Origin: Sphagnum compactum
Lineage: Eukaryota
Length of the DNA stretch: 64,000 nt
Direction of reading: 5' to 3'
Assembly: GCA_965153455.1 (NCBI GenBank)
Contig: OZ234493.1
Coordinates: forward strand, 8,236,213 to 8,300,212
This document shows positions 59,950 to 64,000 of the stretch, piece after piece; positions within the stretch are counted from its first letter, which is position 1, and each line of letters starts with the position of its first letter. Below the pieces are notes generated by a model. It saw nothing but the letters and a program-made list of their open reading frames with translations, did no database searches and had not been told where the DNA came from. Position numbers and translations under genes: made by a program.

Positions 59950-62900
59950 AATATTTAGTTTGTATTTAAGCAAATTAACTACCTACCTACCTATATATGA
60001 TTTTTTACCTACCTAACTTAACTTATCAATCTATCTATTTATATGTTTAGCTACCTATCGAGCCTAGGTTACCTACCTACTTAACATAAACTATTTGATT
60101 ATTAATTAGTCAAAATTATTTTAAATTAATTCATGATTAATAGTTCATATTTAATACTTATAATTAATATTTCAATATTAATGAATATATTAGTTATTTA
60201 TTTTCTTCTATATGAATTATTAATCAATTATTTATACCAAATTAACTGGTTACTTGTTATTTAATTTATAATGGTTAATGTAATAATATTGTAGTTATTT
60301 TAAAATATATTTATGAACTATTCATCAATACTTTATAGCTAACTCATAAGTTAATTCTTGGTTAATTAATAATTAATAATTAATTCATATTATTATTATT
60401 ATTCAACAAATTTTCATCAGTAAATTATAAAATTTTAATAAATTATTATTTATAAATTTGTATTTTTAGTTATTTATTTGACTATCTAAAACCATTAATG
60501 AAATCTTAAAGCTAATAAGCTAGTTAATTAACTCATACTCACATTGTAAAAACTAACTGATTAATATTTTCATTATTTATGAAAGTATTATTTAATTACT
60601 CATAAGTAAATAAATTGGTTAATTAATTAAATATTCTTTCATTTTTTAATTTCTGAAATACTAATTAATAATGTATAACTATTATGTTAGTTGCTTATTA
60701 TTTAAACATTAATTACTGATTATTTAATATTTTCGTTATTTATTTGATAATTTAACATTATTAATGAAAGTTTATAACTAATAAGCTGGTCATTCAAGTT
60801 ATTTATTAATTAGATGTTAATTACTGATTATTTTATAATTTAACTAAATTGTATGATTAATAAGTTAGTTATTTACTTATTATTTAGATACTAATTATTA
60901 ATTGGATAATATTTAATTAATTATTTTGCAATTGTAAAAAATATTTTAAAAAACTAATAAATAATAATTTAGTTCATTAGTTATTATTCTAGTCATTTTT
61001 TTAAATATCTGAATTATGAATTAATAATTAAATTAATCAATTTATTGAATGTTATATAAATATTAATTAATAATTATTTAACTTATTAACTAGTTAATTA
61101 ATTAGTTATTATTTAGATTTTAATTACTAATTGGAAATATTTTAGTTATTTTTTAAAAATCTTAATTTTTTTTATTAAAACCCATAAATAATAATTTGGT
61201 AAATTAGTTATTATTTTAATCATTTATTTTTCTATATATGAATTATGAGCTAATAATTTATAACTAAATGAATTAGTGAATTGATTATTATATAAATATT
61301 ACTTTATAATTATTTAACTTATTAAATACTTAGATAATTACTTACATACTTAGTCATATAATTTACAAAATTAAAAAGGAAAACAAAAGATATGAGATAA
61401 ATTTTTAAATTGCAATTATATTTGCAACTAAGTTGCAATTTCAAAATTTTTCAATTTCGAATTTTTGTCCTCCACATCCATTTTGATAACTATATAATGA
61501 AGAGGTTTCGTCCCACACTTTCACATGAAAAACACATGTCAATTCGGATGAACAAATAAAAAAAGCTTGACCCCTTTTTTAAAGAATTTAATCCTAAAGG
61601 TTAAACCCAAAAGAAGTTTAAAATATTTACCTAACAACCTATCTACTTAGTTCAACCTACCTACCTACCTGGTCCCACCTACCAACTACCTATGTACCTA
61701 CGTACTTCTCTAGTCCAAAGTTTATAAGGAAATAACCTATATTTTATTTATTAATCAATGATTAATCAATAATTTATTAAATATTAGTTAATATTTAGTT
61801 ATTATGAAATAACTAATTATTCTAAATAATTATTCAGGTATTAATTGTCTTATTATTCCTTATTTAATATTTATGAAATATATGATTAGTTTTGAAATAT
61901 CTCAATAATCTAATGTAGGTAGTTAATCAAAAGTTATGGTAAATAATTAATGAGTACTAATTAGTAAATATTTAGTCAGCCAATGAATATTAAATAATTA
62001 ATTCTTCAGAAATTAAATTGTCTAGTTCCTATTAATGATTCATTTAATCTGATTTAATTTTTACTTAATAAATAAATAAAATTCATAATATTTATTTTTC
62101 TAATATTTATTCTTTAAACAAGTTAGTATTTCTTCAATATAAGTTAACAATTTATTTATTCTTTTATTATTATTTATTAAAATATGTGATAGTTAATATT
62201 TATTAATAAAAAATTAATAGCTAATAAGTATTAATTAGTTAATATTCAGGAATTACCAATTAATTATTAATTTATAGCAATTTAAAAGGTTTTTTTTCAG
62301 AGGTAAATTTTTATTTATTTAAGAAATTGAATAAATAAAAAATTAGTATTTTAAAAGTAATGTCCTAACAATTAAATATATTAGAAATTAGAAATGATTA
62401 ATTTGTTATTTGATTAATTAAATAGATTTGAAATAATTATTTCTCGAAATAATTTATTATTAATTTTGAATTATTACTAGGAACCAATTGATTAATTATT
62501 GAAAACCATGAAAGAATAATGGTCAATGCTACTTTTAAAATTATTAAAATAATTAAACAATAAAATGTAGTAAGTAGTTTTGTAAATGGGTGGGTGGGTA
62601 GGTGATTAGTTATTAGCTAATTAATTAGTTACTTATTTCTTACCTATTTAGTTGTATAATTCACAAAATTAAAAATAAACACACAATTTTTGGGAGAATC
62701 ATTTTTAATTGCAATTGAATTTGCGACTAAGGTGCAACTAAAAAGTTTAACCAATATGTTTTTCTTTTAATGTTATTTTACATAGTATATAAAGAAAGTG
62801 CCTTCTCTTTGGATTTCACATTAAAAATCATGTGCCATTAAAGATGAGTTGAAAGAAGTTTAACCTTAAAAGCAAAACATAAAATAAAATAAAAGGATTT
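59950..62900. repeat. Extremely AT-rich degenerate repeat domain
   Basis: TAAT/ATTA-dominated, with internal degenerate repeats (e.g. ~60900-61130 vs ~61130-61340; ~61350-61560 vs ~62650-62850). Confidence 0.7.
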
Positions 62901-64000
62901 ACATGGTTACTTTTTAATTCACCTACTTTTCTATTGTTCTACCTTCTTATTTATTTACCTACCTTCTTACTTAGGTAGCTAGGTGGGTAAGTAAATAAGT
63001 AGTTTAGATAAATATGTATCTTAGGTAAGTAGACATTTTTTTATGCACATAATTTTACCTACCTACCCACCCATGTAAGTAATTTTATTTTAATTAAAAT
63101 TTTCCAAATTTCAATCAATATGCCATGTGGCAACTTTTCCTTTGTCCAAATGTCATCATGTATATAGTTTGGATCATGTTGATTTTTCATCATTATATAT
63201 TATATAAATCATATTAAAAATTCCAAGTTTTGCCACATGGCAAAATCTGATTAGAAAATGTGTTGGCCCTAGAATAATATTTCAATAATAAAAAAAATTT
63301 GGAAATCAAACTCCCATGCATCAACTTGTTGCTCCATAGGGTTTATTCATGATTGGGGTTCCAAAAAAAGGATTCCAAGACTTTTGTGGGGCTACTTTTT
63401 GCAAATAACATTTACTTGAAACAAATTTACTTGTGAAAAAATTTATATAGTCCAGTTTAAAATAATACATTTGATTGTGGTGAGTTTTCACACTCATACA
63501 TAATTGTGTATAAATATTTTGGTTTATAATTTAAAATGTAAAAAATCCCAGAAAATTTTTAAATGAGTTTTAGGACAACCAAACATTTTTTTGGCAAAAT
63601 TATTTTTTGCACATGTGATTTGCACCAAAAGCTAGACATTTTGAACCCATTGAACATAATGTTTTTATCAAATGGTTTAAAAAGTGAGTCCTTTTCCCTC
63701 AAAATTTCAAGACTTTGAATTTTTTATATGATTTGGTTTTTCGTCAAGTTCATCTGATGAACATGTACTTTTATAAAAGGGAACATGTTTTTTTTGTGCA
63801 AAAAGTTTGAAATCAATTGTATAATTTTATGCATTCCTTTTAATTCCTTTTAAAAAAAAGTGCAGTTTAGACATTTGATATAGTTAGTTTACATGATTCA
63901 AAATGACATTTACATAGTATCCAAATTATTTTAAAATATTTTTATTAATTTAACACGACATCATTTTATCAATTGACATACAACAATCCATTACAACTAT

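Overview
Eukaryotic, intron-rich plant nuclear DNA. It is most likely a bryophyte, probably Sphagnum: this is inferred from the flagellar genes, a moss-type mitochondrial sdh3 fragment and repeat families I recall from Sphagnum, not from a database search. Genes reconstructed by hand from splice sites: a 5'-truncated NAT10 RNA cytidine acetyltransferase (+), a HIR/SPFH gene (-), intronless WDR92/DNAAF10 (-), LRRC46 (-), a CRY1-type cryptochrome (-) and a group-A MAPKK (-). There are also two decayed genes (GH17-X8 glucanase; RPA1-like OB fold), a plastid ndhG + mitochondrial sdh3 mosaic insertion, LTR-retroelement debris and many tandem, inverted and AT-rich repeats. The most interesting signal is that two flagellum-related genes, LRRC46 and WDR92, lie head-to-tail only 196 bp apart with a complete 115-nt GT-AG intron in the gap, suggesting a spliced dicistronic or overlapping flagellar transcription unit. 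All exon models are manual predictions without transcript evidence.
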